Shown here in pieces: positions 1-9,375 of a stretch of DNA of 64,000 nucleotides (positions within the stretch are counted from its first letter, which is position 1; every line of letters starts with the position of its first letter). The notes beneath the pieces are model-generated. The model was not told the DNA's origin and made no database searches. It was given only the letters and a program-made list of their open reading frames with translations. The position numbers and the translations under genes are program-made. Location of the stretch: positions 7,600 to 71,599 of IMG/VR virus record IMGVR_UViG_3300022752_004079, one strand, 5' to 3'. The stretch is from a virus.

Positions 1-81
1 CAGGTAAAGTGTATGAGTGCAGGTTTGCGAAAGAACGAAACTTGAGACAAAAACAAAAACAGATAGCAAAAAATTCTTCAT
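1..81 (-). CDS. N-terminus of a secreted protein (runs off window): MKNFLLSVFVFVSSFVLSQTCTHTLYL...
   Basis: Manual translation from ATG at 81. Sec signal peptide with Gln after the likely cleavage site. ATATTTATA motif upstream at 162-170. Confidence 0.65.
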   Translation of the reverse strand, partial: MKNFLLSVFVFVSSFVLSQTCTHTLYL

Positions 82-169
82 ATGGTATCCTTTAATTAAA
101 CGATACTCACTTGAAGAATCTTTTCAGAAACCCCCATCTACCATGGGCCGGTCGAGTTTAATATAAATA

Positions 170-2608
170 TCAGCGAATCAATGTTATATGACCAGATACG
201 GTATATTTTGCATCAGTATCTTTATCACCAAACCAAATTTTATAAGTATATACACCGTCTGCACATGGCAGCGCATTATACGTTCCATCCCAAGATGCAG
301 TTGCTGAATACGATTGCCACATAATTTCGCCCCAACGATTGAATATTGTACATTGAAATTCTGCAGGATCAAAGCCTGAAGTAAATACCGGACGCCAGGT
401 TTGATTGTGTTCATTGCCATCCGGTGTAAACGTGTTTGGCACATAGTATAAAAGTTGCGGACAACGTGATACTGTTACTGTAGTAGTTGCAGGTTGCGAT
501 ACACAACCATTAGCAGTCTGTGTTGCTTGTATGATATAAATTCCGGCCGAGCTCCATGATGCAGTAAGCGTCGGAGATTGCATCGTGTTTCCTAGCATTG
601 TCCATTCGGTTATGCCGGCAATGTTGACTTGTGCAGTGTATGTTGATACAACCGAATCTCCTTCACAAATTTGTATGAATTGATCGTTTGGTGTAATTGC
701 TAATACCTCGGGTTGCGGATACACTGTTATTGTGCTAAACGAAGTAAATGCACATCCACTCTGCGTATATGTATATGATATACTATTTGTACCTACCGCT
801 TGAGTTGGATCAAATTGATTGCCCGTAACACCTAATCCGCTAAACGATCCGCCTGGCGGGCTTGCCATGAGTGTTGTATTTGCATCATATACGCAGAACG
901 GACCAACGGCCGTTATAGTAGGCACAATGTGCAATATGTATACATCAACACTAACTGCAGCACTAAGACATCCAAATTGATTTGCAGCAATAACTTGAAC
1001 GGCTCCGCCAACTAATCCTGCGTTTAATGCACTCCAATTAACCGCAATGGCACTTGTACCTTGTCCCGATATGATATTGCCTAATGAAGTCCATGTATAT
1101 GTATACCCTGGCTGTGTTGGTACTGAATAAGTAGCTGCAGTTTCACCCAAACAAACTGTATCTAATGAAGCAATTGGCCCAGTAACAACGTTGGGTGGAT
1201 CGGTTAATGTAACGGTGTTGGAAGCTGTACATCCATTGGCATCCGTAACTACTACAGCATACGTACCTTGACATAGCAATGTAGCTGTTTGTGTTGTTTG
1301 CATATTACTCCATACATACGTGTAAGGAGCTACCCCATCCGTTGGTGTTGCAGTTGCCGTTCCATTGCAATTACCAGCACATACTGGATTAGTGAATGTC
1401 ATTGACGGATCTTGCAACAGCGGCGGATCAACCAATGTAGCTATAGCATTGGCCGTGCAACCGTTGGCATCTGTTATCAACACAGAATAATTACCAGCAC
1501 AAAGTTGTGTTATATTGTTTGTAGATTGTCCCGTTGTCCAGTTATATGTATATGGAGCAGTTCCATTAGTTGGTGTTATCAAAATGCTACCATTACATGA
1601 TGCATTGCACAATGGATTTGTTGCAACAACGTTGGGTGGATTCAATATCGGAGGTCCTGGAACAACTTGCACCGTATCTGGACCAGATCCAACTCCTGCA
1701 TTGCAAGTAGACCAACCTGCGTTGCAAGCACCGTATTCTAAATGACAAGTATAATATGCTCCGCCTGCAGGTGGTGTTACGGTTATTTGATTGACTCCTT
1801 GAGCTATAGGCACTGGGTTACCTACTTGATACCAAACAAGTGTTGGTGGTATTGTTGCACCCGCAGGAGTCCATCTGCGTGCATCATTAACAGCAGTCCA
1901 TTGTGTTGAGTTTCTACCAGTAACCGTAACTGCTTGTGTACCCGTTGCATCATGAATTCCATGCACTGCAGTTCCTCCGGCCCACTGCGGACAATTTGGT
2001 TTGTTGGCAATGTATGTTTCAATGATGTTAGTTGATTCGTATAATACAATATGAAATGTTCCTTGCAGATTGGTACAAGAATACATTGGTACTGCAATCC
2101 AACTCACAACCAAACGCCTACATGGAGCAACACCTTGAATTTGATAGCGAATTTGTCCACCAATACCTGGATTCCAATCCTGCCACGGCGCCATAACACA
2201 ATTTTTTGGTACAAATGCATTTGCCGTTGGTATTGATAGTGACGTAAACGTTACGGGCTGTGCCGTTGCTCCTAAAGAAACCCATCCATTGGATCCAATT
2301 CGGAACTGAGTATATGTTGTTCCATAATAACAAAATGTAAATCCAATGTTAAATGTTCCTGATTGAGTATCATCGCCTAACGGAACTAATGTGCCTGTAT
2401 TTGTTTGTGGAGCATATGATATTTGAGATACCGTGTATGCAGTTGTTGCATTAGGATTACTACCCGCACCGCATTGAGATAAATTTGCTGTTATCGTTGC
2501 GTTAGTAACTCCGCAAGGAAGAATTTGGTCTGGTCCCAATGCTGGGCAATATTGAGTATAAGCAATAATGCCAATCAACAGCATGATAATAGTGTAAACG
2601 TGTTTCAT
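170..2608 (-). CDS. SprB-repeat adhesin-like protein with T9SS type B (gliding-motility/CHU_C) C-terminal sorting domain
   Basis: Signal peptide; NIDO-like N-domain; SprB-like repeats (C..CNG...GTAPYTY.W...LC.G.Y.V..TDANGC); C-terminal VPNTFTPDG.E.N...IFNRWGE...WDGTY....DGVY.Y...GHITLIR. Confidence 0.9.
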   Translation of the reverse strand: MKHVYTIIMLLIGIIAYTQYCPALGPDQILPCGVTNATITANLSQCGAGSNPNATTAYTVSQISYAPQTNTGTLVPLGDDTQSGTFNIGFTFCYYGTTYTQFRIGSNGWVSLGATAQPVTFTSLSIPTANAFVPKNCVMAPWQDWNPGIGGQIRYQIQGVAPCRRLVVSWIAVPMYSCTNLQGTFHIVLYESTNIIETYIANKPNCPQWAGGTAVHGIHDATGTQAVTVTGRNSTQWTAVNDARRWTPAGATIPPTLVWYQVGNPVPIAQGVNQITVTPPAGGAYYTCHLEYGACNAGWSTCNAGVGSGPDTVQVVPGPPILNPPNVVATNPLCNASCNGSILITPTNGTAPYTYNWTTGQSTNNITQLCAGNYSVLITDANGCTANAIATLVDPPLLQDPSMTFTNPVCAGNCNGTATATPTDGVAPYTYVWSNMQTTQTATLLCQGTYAVVVTDANGCTASNTVTLTDPPNVVTGPIASLDTVCLGETAATYSVPTQPGYTYTWTSLGNIISGQGTSAIAVNWSALNAGLVGGAVQVIAANQFGCLSAAVSVDVYILHIVPTITAVGPFCVYDANTTLMASPPGGSFSGLGVTGNQFDPTQAVGTNSISYTYTQSGCAFTSFSTITVYPQPEVLAITPNDQFIQICEGDSVVSTYTAQVNIAGITEWTMLGNTMQSPTLTASWSSAGIYIIQATQTANGCVSQPATTTVTVSRCPQLLYYVPNTFTPDGNEHNQTWRPVFTSGFDPAEFQCTIFNRWGEIMWQSYSATASWDGTYNALPCADGVYTYKIWFGDKDTDAKYTVSGHITLIR

Positions 2609-2637
2609 AACTAACCTTTAATATAAATATGTACAGT

Positions 2638-2663
2638 AAAAAACCCTGGCACGAAACCAGGGT
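2638..2663 (-). terminator. Rho-independent terminator after tRNA
   Basis: Minus strand ACCCTGG-TTTCGTG-CCAGGGT followed by a T run. Confidence 0.7.
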
Positions 2664-2745
2664 GAACTCGAGCAGGGCCTATGTTCTGTTGCATTCCATC
2701 TTGAGAACTGCCTAATACCAGTGGGTTGGTGGTTACTCATGTTCG

Positions 2746-2817
2746 TAGTCGGTACGGGATTCGAACCCGTGTGACAAGAATGAAAATCTTGTATCCTAAC
2801 CCCTAGATGAACCGACC
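2746..2817 (-). tRNA. tRNA-Glu (anticodon UUC), CCA not encoded
   Basis: GGTCGGT/ACCGACT acceptor stem; CAAGA-TTTTCAT-TCTTG anticodon arm; ACGGG-TTCGAAT-CCCGT T arm. Confidence 0.93.
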
Positions 2818-2823
2818 ATAACA

Positions 2824-2994
2824 TTAAAATTCTCCTAACCGCAAATGTTGTTGATATGCCATTTGTTCTTCATAATAAGTTAAATCGCATAATGCTATTA
2901 AACATTCATCTTGCGTGCCCGTAGTTACAATTTCACCATATGCATTACGCAATTCATATTTGTTTCGTGTTAAATCAATGCAAACAATTTCCAT
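2824..2994 (-). CDS. 56-aa hypothetical protein (not in ORF track)
   Basis: Manual translation MEIVCIDLTRNKYELRNAYGEIV...LRLGEF*; promoter-like motif immediately upstream. Confidence 0.6.
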   Translation of the reverse strand: MEIVCIDLTRNKYELRNAYGEIVTTGTQDECLIALCDLTYYEEQMAYQQHLRLGEF

Positions 2995-3007
2995 AATCTT
3001 TTTCTAT

Positions 3008-3036
3008 ATAATATGAAATTGATATTACATATCCAA
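3008..3036 (-). promoter_or_regulatory. Class A promoter-like motif TTGGAT-N17-TATTAT
   Basis: Recurrent motif with exact 17-bp spacing. Confidence 0.65.
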
Positions 3037-3042
3037 GCAAAA

Positions 3043-3363
3043 TCAAATAAATTGCAATAAAAAATAACTAAGTTTGTAACCCGTAAAAGCTCCTAATGCA
3101 GCTGGCACCGGAAACACAATTAATTTTCCTAGTTCTGTAACATATTTAGGGCGATTCACAATGCGACCCATGAATGAATAATAAGTTAAATATCCAATCA
3201 ACACTGCAATATCGGTACGTGTTGCAATAAACACTACTAGTATTGCTCCTAGAAACCCAAAGGTAAAATTATCTCTAACACCTTCCCAAATTTCTTGTTT
3301 AGTAGCTGTTTTGTATTCTTTATAGATTCGCTTAAAACGATGTGGTTTTTTTGTAGGTTTCAT
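3043..3363 (-). CDS. Membrane protein, hypothetical
   Basis: 2-3 hydrophobic segments; start at MKPTKK overlaps the upstream stop. Confidence 0.6.
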   Translation of the reverse strand: MKPTKKPHRFKRIYKEYKTATKQEIWEGVRDNFTFGFLGAILVVFIATRTDIAVLIGYLTYYSFMGRIVNRPKYVTELGKLIVFPVPAALGAFTGYKLSYFLLQFI

Positions 3364-3695
3364 TCTATAATTTTTTCTACGTATGTGCACGTTTCTCCGG
3401 TATCAAAGCCTTTTTCCAACAACAATGGCAAAGATGCAGGTTTACACCAAGCATAAACTTTGTATCCTTTGTAGCGAGCTTGAGCATAGTTCCAACGCGT
3501 TTCCCATAGTGTTCTGTATATTCCTTTGCGTCGATGTTCTTCATGTACCCAAGCATCAAGGAATTTGATTTTGCTGTCATCTTCTCGTTCCATGTAGATA
3601 TGTCCTACAATCTCACCGTTAATCATTGCAATCCATGTTTCAAGTCGTTGTGCATTGCTTTTGAGATGTACTATTTTGATATCATCTGTTGTCAT
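3360..3695 (-). CDS. GNAT-family N-acetyltransferase
   Basis: Acetyl-CoA motif A V.EEHRRKGIY; C-terminal LLEKGF. Confidence 0.8.
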   Translation of the reverse strand: MTTDDIKIVHLKSNAQRLETWIAMINGEIVGHIYMEREDDSKIKFLDAWVHEEHRRKGIYRTLWETRWNYAQARYKGYKVYAWCKPASLPLLLEKGFDTGETCTYVEKIIE

Positions 3696-3940
3696 ATGTT
3701 TCCTGCGTAAACTGTTATTGCACCCAATACATATCCTATACTAGAAGCAAATGCCATTTTGAATCGATCGGGCCATGTTTTTGATTCAACCATATATCCT
3801 ACAAATGGTAGGCCTAAAAAGGGTCCAATGAATGCCCAAAATATCATTGCAATACTACGATCTGCTACTGTTGCAATGTACATGGTAGATGCTGTTTCTA
3901 AAACGAATGCAGCAAGTCCTATGATGAGATATTTTTTCAT
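3692..3940 (-). CDS. Small membrane protein
   Basis: Three hydrophobic helices; coupled to neighbours. Confidence 0.6.
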   Translation of the reverse strand: MKKYLIIGLAAFVLETASTMYIATVADRSIAMIFWAFIGPFLGLPFVGYMVESKTWPDRFKMAFASSIGYVLGAITVYAGNI

Positions 3941-3942
3941 AA

Positions 3943-5007
3943 CTAATTCGATAAAGGTGCTTTAATTGTTGGGTGTGAATCGTAGTTGTACAATTGTAAA
4001 TCTTCCTCTAACAAGCACTTACAAAAGCTATCATTACTAAACCCATTAAACACTGCTACAGCATCTAAAGGACCTTCACCGCAAGAACCACCTTCATAAG
4101 GCCAAAATTCTGTGTTGATGTTTAATTTTGGTAATGGCATTAGTTCTCTTCGCAATTGTTCACGAGCCTGTTCCGTATGATTTTCATATAAATGCACATC
4201 ACCTAAATTTCCAATCAATTCATCAGGAACCATATTAACTGCTTTAGCAATTATTTCAAGTAACAATCCATAAGAAGCAATATTGAATGGTAAACCTAAG
4301 AATGTATCTACTGAACGTTGATTCCACATTAGAGAGATTGCCCGTTTTGGAATATTAAGCTTATCTAAATCTTGAACACTCAATTCATCATGAGACTTTG
4401 TTTCTCCAAAGGCATCTAAAAGATCTCCTTTGTACATTCTCAACCTTTCTTCTGAACTCAACTCTCTTGTATAAACTTGAAATCCATAATGACAAGGTGG
4501 AAGGACCATTTCATCTAAATAATTTACATTCCACGCAGAAACTAACATACGTCTGGAATCTGGGTTTGTTTTAAGAGTAGTGATTAGTTCTTGTATTTGG
4601 TCTATACCATCCCATTTGCGCCACTGTGCTCCATAAATTGGTCCTAAATCACCCCACTTCTTAGCAAACTCATCATCGGTTTTAATTCTATCTACAAACA
4701 TTTTTTCATCCAAATGTGGTTCCCAAGGTTGGACTTTGTTTGAATAATTTTTATAAGCATCACCGGTCCAGATATTACAACCGTTATCAACTAGAAACTT
4801 GATGTTGGTATCTCCGCGTAAAAACCACATTAGCTCGGTTGCTATTACTCGGAATGGCATTTTCTTTGTAGTAAGTAATGGAAATCCTTCACTCATCTTA
4901 TGACGTATTTGTCTTCCGAATACCGAACGTGTCTTTCCGTTTCTAGTATCCTTTTGTTGGCCGTTATGCAAAACATCATGCAGCAGTCTTAGGTAATCGC
5001 GTTCCAT
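3943..5007 (-). CDS. thyA: Thymidylate synthase
   Basis: GFPLLTTKK, LGPIYGAQWR, PDSRR, LPPCH, QRSVDTFLGLPFNIASY, HLYENH; start MERDYL. Confidence 0.97.
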   Translation of the reverse strand: MERDYLRLLHDVLHNGQQKDTRNGKTRSVFGRQIRHKMSEGFPLLTTKKMPFRVIATELMWFLRGDTNIKFLVDNGCNIWTGDAYKNYSNKVQPWEPHLDEKMFVDRIKTDDEFAKKWGDLGPIYGAQWRKWDGIDQIQELITTLKTNPDSRRMLVSAWNVNYLDEMVLPPCHYGFQVYTRELSSEERLRMYKGDLLDAFGETKSHDELSVQDLDKLNIPKRAISLMWNQRSVDTFLGLPFNIASYGLLLEIIAKAVNMVPDELIGNLGDVHLYENHTEQAREQLRRELMPLPKLNINTEFWPYEGGSCGEGPLDAVAVFNGFSNDSFCKCLLEEDLQLYNYDSHPTIKAPLSN

Positions 5008-5008
5008 G

Positions 5009-5251
5009 TTATTTTGATTTAGAGACTTTATTGCCAAACGGCCATCCAAGAAAATCTTCTTGATCCATTATTGATTCTAATAAAGAGATACAGTAATCCT
5101 CGTCTTTTGACTGAAATTGTTGAGCTTTTAATTCTACAACATCATCAAGTTTTCGCGCGTAAAATAATCTGAAAGTATCCTCTGTTGTAGGATGATTGAT
5201 ATAGTTATCGTATATCTGTTTTGCTGTTAATTGTTGTGTTAAATGTTCCAT
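5009..5251 (-). CDS. Hypothetical protein
   Basis: ORF tiles between neighbours. Confidence 0.55.
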   Translation of the reverse strand: MEHLTQQLTAKQIYDNYINHPTTEDTFRLFYARKLDDVVELKAQQFQSKDEDYCISLLESIMDQEDFLGWPFGNKVSKSK

Positions 5252-5252
5252 A

Positions 5253-5492
5253 TTATTTTATATTATTTGTATCATCAATCATTTCATATTCAGTTTCTTG
5301 CACGGTTTCGCAAAATAAAAAATGTGTATCCGATCGCAATACATGGTCTGCTTGTATCCATTCCATGTACAATTTAACATATTCCATATCAGGTTCATCA
5401 CCTATTTTTTTTGCAAATCGAGATATAGGTTTTTTTTGTATCACAATGTACATTGCATCGCCGTGTTGATATAATGATTTTAATAAATTCAT
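5253..5492 (-). CDS. Hypothetical protein
   Basis: ORF tiles; class A motif at 5498-5526. Confidence 0.6.
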   Translation of the reverse strand: MNLLKSLYQHGDAMYIVIQKKPISRFAKKIGDEPDMEYVKLYMEWIQADHVLRSDTHFLFCETVQETEYEMIDDTNNIK

Positions 5493-5497
5493 ATATT

Positions 5498-5526
5498 AAT
5501 ATATTGATTTATCGTGCCATTTCCAA
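5498..5526 (-). promoter_or_regulatory. Class A promoter-like motif TTGGAA-N17-TATATT
   Basis: Motif with 17-bp spacer; ATG begins 6 nt after the hexamer. Confidence 0.6.
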
Positions 5527-7542
5527 GAATTTTGAATTCAAAGTTCGAGCTACATCATTCATGTTACGTGGATCAATAAATTTTGAATCAATCCCATACA
5601 TTCTGCGAAATGTTTCTGATTCGTTGCATGAATCTGAAATAAAATAACTAACAATGTTAATGCCCAATTCGCGGAACCCATTAATTACGCGTCTTGTAAA
5701 TCCTACGCCATCGTAACTATATGCACAACCCGAAACATTGGTTGGAAATCCATCTGAATAATTAACAAAGATACATTCATCACCTTTAGCATCTCGTTTG
5801 ATATCTTGTTCAATACTCTTAAATGCAATGCCTTCTGGAGTACATCCAAATACACTTAGATATTTGAAATAGTTTCGGATCTTGCTTAGTTTGTCATGAG
5901 CCGAATCATATGCATATATCGTTACTGCTCTTTCTTTACCACCAATGGTACTATCAGTTCCTCGAAGCGAAATTTGTACTCGAATTCCCGTCGTCATTGC
6001 TGCGGCTTGTGCTACTGCTACTGCCGATGTAATTGAATTACTAAACTTACTACCAGACATTGAGCCTGATGCATCAATTGAAATATGAATAAAATAATTT
6101 TTATAACGGTCCGTAACAATGCGATGAAATACATTTGCATTATCAAATCCTAACTGTGCAACCAATCTTCGGTCAATTTTACCTGCTTGCAATCTTGTAG
6201 TTTTCAAAGTGCGATCTGCATTTCTAAGTTGCAATTTTCTACCTAGCATTTTACCAAGGATGATGCCGCGCGTAACTGCTTTATCATTATTCAATATTGA
6301 ATTAGATTTATGAGATTTATCATCAAGCTTGCAAGTACCTGATATGAAATCTTCAGCAAATGATTCAAACATGTGCGGCATTGATGCAATAATGCCTGGA
6401 GTCAATTTTTTTATAACAATCGTATCAACAAAATCAGCGGTACCGGATTCATCTGTTGCAACTTGACGAACCTCTGTACCCGAATCGCGAACTGCATTAA
6501 CAATGTTTGATTGCGTTTTAGTCAATTTACCCGTCTTTTTATTGTTACCACTAAGAAAATCTCGTTGTCGTTCAATTGCTGTATCTAATTTTTGTCGTTC
6601 CGCCGGAGAAAGTGAAGAATTAGAAGTTGCATTGTTGCCTGAATTTGCCGATGTGCTGCCATCGTCGTTGTCATCACCACCATCATCACCACCAACATTA
6701 TCGTCGTTGGCATTACCACCATCGCCATCCGCCGCAAAGTCATCTTGTCGAGTTGTTTGTTGTTCGTCTTCTGCAACAGCATCTTTGATAAGTTTATATA
6801 CTTTGCATGCAACTAACAATGCATCTTCGGTTGATTTAAGTCGTTGAATGTTTCGCAAATCAATTACATTCCAAATATCTTGCAGTGCCTTTAAGGCTTG
6901 TAATTTGCGATTAGGATTAGTTAAATTGATAACATGAAACATGTAATCATCCCAAGACTCTTCGGTCTTTTCATTTTCGCGCAGAGCTTTATCAATAATT
7001 TTATCATTGAAATATTTGTCATACATGGCTTCATAATACATACGATAACCAGGTGCGGTTGTATAGATATGAAAGTCAATGCGGCGATCTTCAATCCAAT
7101 TCAATAAATCTTTGATGATTGCAAAATCTTTATGTGACATGTTCATCTCAGGATCATATCCATTGAGTTGAATAATTTTTGCCATTTTGCTGTTGGACAA
7201 TACACCACCTTTAAACATATCAAAATCAGTCAATGCAATATGCGAACCTTCATGCAATGCCAATCCAACTGCCGAATCAAAATTCTTGTCATCAAGTTTG
7301 GTACCAATAACAACGGATTGGCCATCGGTATAACTAGAATCTGCAGACTGAAATATTACGGGAATTGTTTTACCGGTAACAATGTTAACAAAATTAGCAA
7401 TAGCACGTTGCGTTGCAGCCAATTTGGTGTAATCAATGCCAGCACTACGTTTAAAGTTTGTATCAAAATTTTCATTCAACCAAAAGCTAGATGCTGAATT
7501 GGAAAAATATCTTTTGCCATCAAATTTGCCTAATATACTCAT
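5509..7542 (-). CDS. VWA-domain protein with N-terminal HExxH metallopeptidase-like domain (CobT-like partner of MoxR AAA)
   Basis: LHEGSH, WIEDRRI, acidic Gly/Asp linker, MIDAS IDASGSM, later T and SDG. Confidence 0.85.
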   Translation of the reverse strand: MSILGKFDGKRYFSNSASSFWLNENFDTNFKRSAGIDYTKLAATQRAIANFVNIVTGKTIPVIFQSADSSYTDGQSVVIGTKLDDKNFDSAVGLALHEGSHIALTDFDMFKGGVLSNSKMAKIIQLNGYDPEMNMSHKDFAIIKDLLNWIEDRRIDFHIYTTAPGYRMYYEAMYDKYFNDKIIDKALRENEKTEESWDDYMFHVINLTNPNRKLQALKALQDIWNVIDLRNIQRLKSTEDALLVACKVYKLIKDAVAEDEQQTTRQDDFAADGDGGNANDDNVGGDDGGDDNDDGSTSANSGNNATSNSSLSPAERQKLDTAIERQRDFLSGNNKKTGKLTKTQSNIVNAVRDSGTEVRQVATDESGTADFVDTIVIKKLTPGIIASMPHMFESFAEDFISGTCKLDDKSHKSNSILNNDKAVTRGIILGKMLGRKLQLRNADRTLKTTRLQAGKIDRRLVAQLGFDNANVFHRIVTDRYKNYFIHISIDASGSMSGSKFSNSITSAVAVAQAAAMTTGIRVQISLRGTDSTIGGKERAVTIYAYDSAHDKLSKIRNYFKYLSVFGCTPEGIAFKSIEQDIKRDAKGDECIFVNYSDGFPTNVSGCAYSYDGVGFTRRVINGFRELGINIVSYFISDSCNESETFRRMYGIDSKFIDPRNMNDVARTLNSKFLEMAR

Positions 7543-7559
7543 GCTTTTTATTTTTCTAT

Positions 7560-7588
7560 ATAATATGAAATAAATATTCAGTTTCCAA
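7560..7588 (-). promoter_or_regulatory. Class A promoter-like motif TTGGAA-N17-TATTAT
   Basis: Motif upstream of VWA gene. Confidence 0.65.
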
Positions 7589-7598
7589 CCATATATGC

Positions 7599-7624
7599 AA
7601 AAAAAGGCGACATTTCTGCCGCCT
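7599..7624 (-). terminator. Rho-independent terminator
   Basis: AGGCGGCA-GAAA-TGTCGCCT then T run on minus strand. Confidence 0.75.
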
Positions 7625-7642
7625 CTTTCGAGCTATGAAAAA

Positions 7643-8794
7643 TTAAAATACCGAGTCTTTTATATCATTTCCTGTATTGAAAATGTCTTTCATTTCAGTT
7701 GCCATATGTTTCTGAATGATTTGCTTGACAAAGGTTCTTTCAGAATCCGTACCACCCGATGCATCAAAGAATGGAAGAATTGCAACTTCGGCTGCCTCTG
7801 ACAAAGAAAATCCATCTGCCAACAATTCACATACGCGCACCGTCATACGAGTGGATATCATGGTAGTCAATTTACCTTCTTCTGACCTCCATTCTTTACG
7901 GGTTGCATCTGCAATATCAGCTACTGAATGAATCAATGCCTTGGATACCGTTGGGAATCGTTTAGTCAATAAATCTTCTTCTTGGGACAAAGAAAGAATA
8001 TCAACCTCAATGATTTCGAATCGATCCATTAATGCTCGGTCCAATACTCTTGTAGATGTATATTCGGTACCAATGTTTGCTGTTGCAATAAATGATACAC
8101 CAGATGCAACACGGATGGTAGGAGAATTGATATCTTCATCCAATCGCAGATACCTTTGACCCTCATCCAATACTGTCATTAAGATGTTCCATGCTTCAGG
8201 GTGCGCACGGGACAACTCATCTAGCAATACAACGGCATTCTCTGTTTGAATTGCCTTGACAAATGCAGATTCATCAAATGATGTCTGACCATCTTTGAAA
8301 TGCGTATTGCCAATCAATGTTGCCCGAGGATCTTGAGTTGCACCCAAGTTAAAATAAAAGAAAGGACGATTGGTTGCTACTGGAAGATCTTTTGCGGCTT
8401 GCGTCTTACCACATCCTGCAGGGCCAACCATCATGATGTTTTTACCACGCACTGCTGACCGTACCAAATACTTCCATTTGATGTCAGACATTTCTAACGT
8501 TGCGGGTTTAATTTTATGTGCATTTTGGATTAGATGCATTACCGGATCGGCTTCTGTTGGTGTTTGTGGCATTTCTGGTTCCAAATTATTTGGTGCAAAT
8601 TCTAATTCTACGTCTGATATACTTATGCGTTTAGATCGACCCGTTTCTTCATCAAACACTAACGCTTCATCATTATCGTGTGCATGTTTAATCATGATTG
8701 ATCGAAACAATGAACTGATATCATTGCCATTCGGATCTACAATAATTTGTTTGCCATTTACTACGGCTGGTACTCCAATTACTTTCTTTTTCAT
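7643..8794 (-). CDS. MoxR/CbbQ/CobS-like AAA+ ATPase
   Basis: Walker A GPAGCGKT, Walker B LLDELSR, IATAN sensor, DRALMDRF, STR. Confidence 0.9.
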   Translation of the reverse strand: MKKKVIGVPAVVNGKQIIVDPNGNDISSLFRSIMIKHAHDNDEALVFDEETGRSKRISISDVELEFAPNNLEPEMPQTPTEADPVMHLIQNAHKIKPATLEMSDIKWKYLVRSAVRGKNIMMVGPAGCGKTQAAKDLPVATNRPFFYFNLGATQDPRATLIGNTHFKDGQTSFDESAFVKAIQTENAVVLLDELSRAHPEAWNILMTVLDEGQRYLRLDEDINSPTIRVASGVSFIATANIGTEYTSTRVLDRALMDRFEIIEVDILSLSQEEDLLTKRFPTVSKALIHSVADIADATRKEWRSEEGKLTTMISTRMTVRVCELLADGFSLSEAAEVAILPFFDASGGTDSERTFVKQIIQKHMATEMKDIFNTGNDIKDSVF

Positions 8795-8813
8795 ATGCTC
8801 TTTATTTTTCTAA

Positions 8814-8842
8814 ATAATATGAAATAAAGAGTTATCTTCCAA
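8814..8842 (-). promoter_or_regulatory. Class A promoter-like motif TTGGAA-N17-TATTAT
   Basis: Motif upstream of AAA gene. Confidence 0.65.
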
Positions 8843-8843
8843 C

Positions 8844-8963
8844 CTATTCTTCTTGTTTTTTATGTTTTTTCTTGCGGGTGTAAGATTTTTTGCTGCGTTG
8901 AACGATTGGACGAGTCGCCTGCCAAATTTCCTGCATTGTTACTTCAATTTTTTCCATGTTCAT
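8844..8963 (-). CDS. Small basic protein, ArfA-like C-terminus (not in ORF track)
   Basis: Manual translation MNMEKIEVTMQEIWQATRPIVQRSKKSYTRKKKHKKQEE*; class A motif at 8964-8992. Confidence 0.65.
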   Translation of the reverse strand: MNMEKIEVTMQEIWQATRPIVQRSKKSYTRKKKHKKQEE

Positions 8964-8985
8964 AATATATAAAATCAATTACAAA

Positions 8986-9351
8986 TTACCAATTTCTACA
9001 AGACCAATATCTTGCTTTCCAATGTGGCCCTGGATTAGTATCACAATGATGTCGCGCTCTAAAAGAACGTCTACGTGCAGGATTGCTTTTGTGTATTCTC
9101 ATATTAGGATCACCAAAGTTAACCTTTACAACGTTGCCTTTGGCATTTTTAACGTAAACTTTAAACTTCTTGACATCTCCGCGCATTGGTTTGCCCAATT
9201 GTACTTTGCGTCCATGATATTCAGCTTCATTCATTCCAGATTGCTTGATGGTTACATATTCTGGATTTTTATCTGCAGACATGATTGTTTCAATTAAGCA
9301 TTCAGAACAATATCCTTCTGCTACTGGTATTTGATTTTCATAAAGTGTCAT
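8986..9351 (-). CDS. Basic phage protein (KVNFGD...RRRSFRARHHC...ARYWSC..W domain), probable virion/DNA-binding
   Basis: Conserved basic motif recognised from phage/giant-virus small proteins; class B motif at 9366-9374. Confidence 0.6.
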   Translation of the reverse strand: MTLYENQIPVAEGYCSECLIETIMSADKNPEYVTIKQSGMNEAEYHGRKVQLGKPMRGDVKKFKVYVKNAKGNVVKVNFGDPNMRIHKSNPARRRSFRARHHCDTNPGPHWKARYWSCRNW

Positions 9352-9375
9352 TTTGTTTCCTCACTTATAAATATG

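Noticed and set aside
2746-2817. tRNA as substrate for the TGT-fold enzyme, or as an att site
   Set aside because: TGTs act on GUN anticodons, not Glu-UUC. No integrase or duplicated tRNA 3' end is visible, and phage-type motifs continue on both sides.
2618-2824. 68-aa minus-strand ORF in the track
   Set aside because: Overlaps the tRNA-Glu and terminator; spurious.
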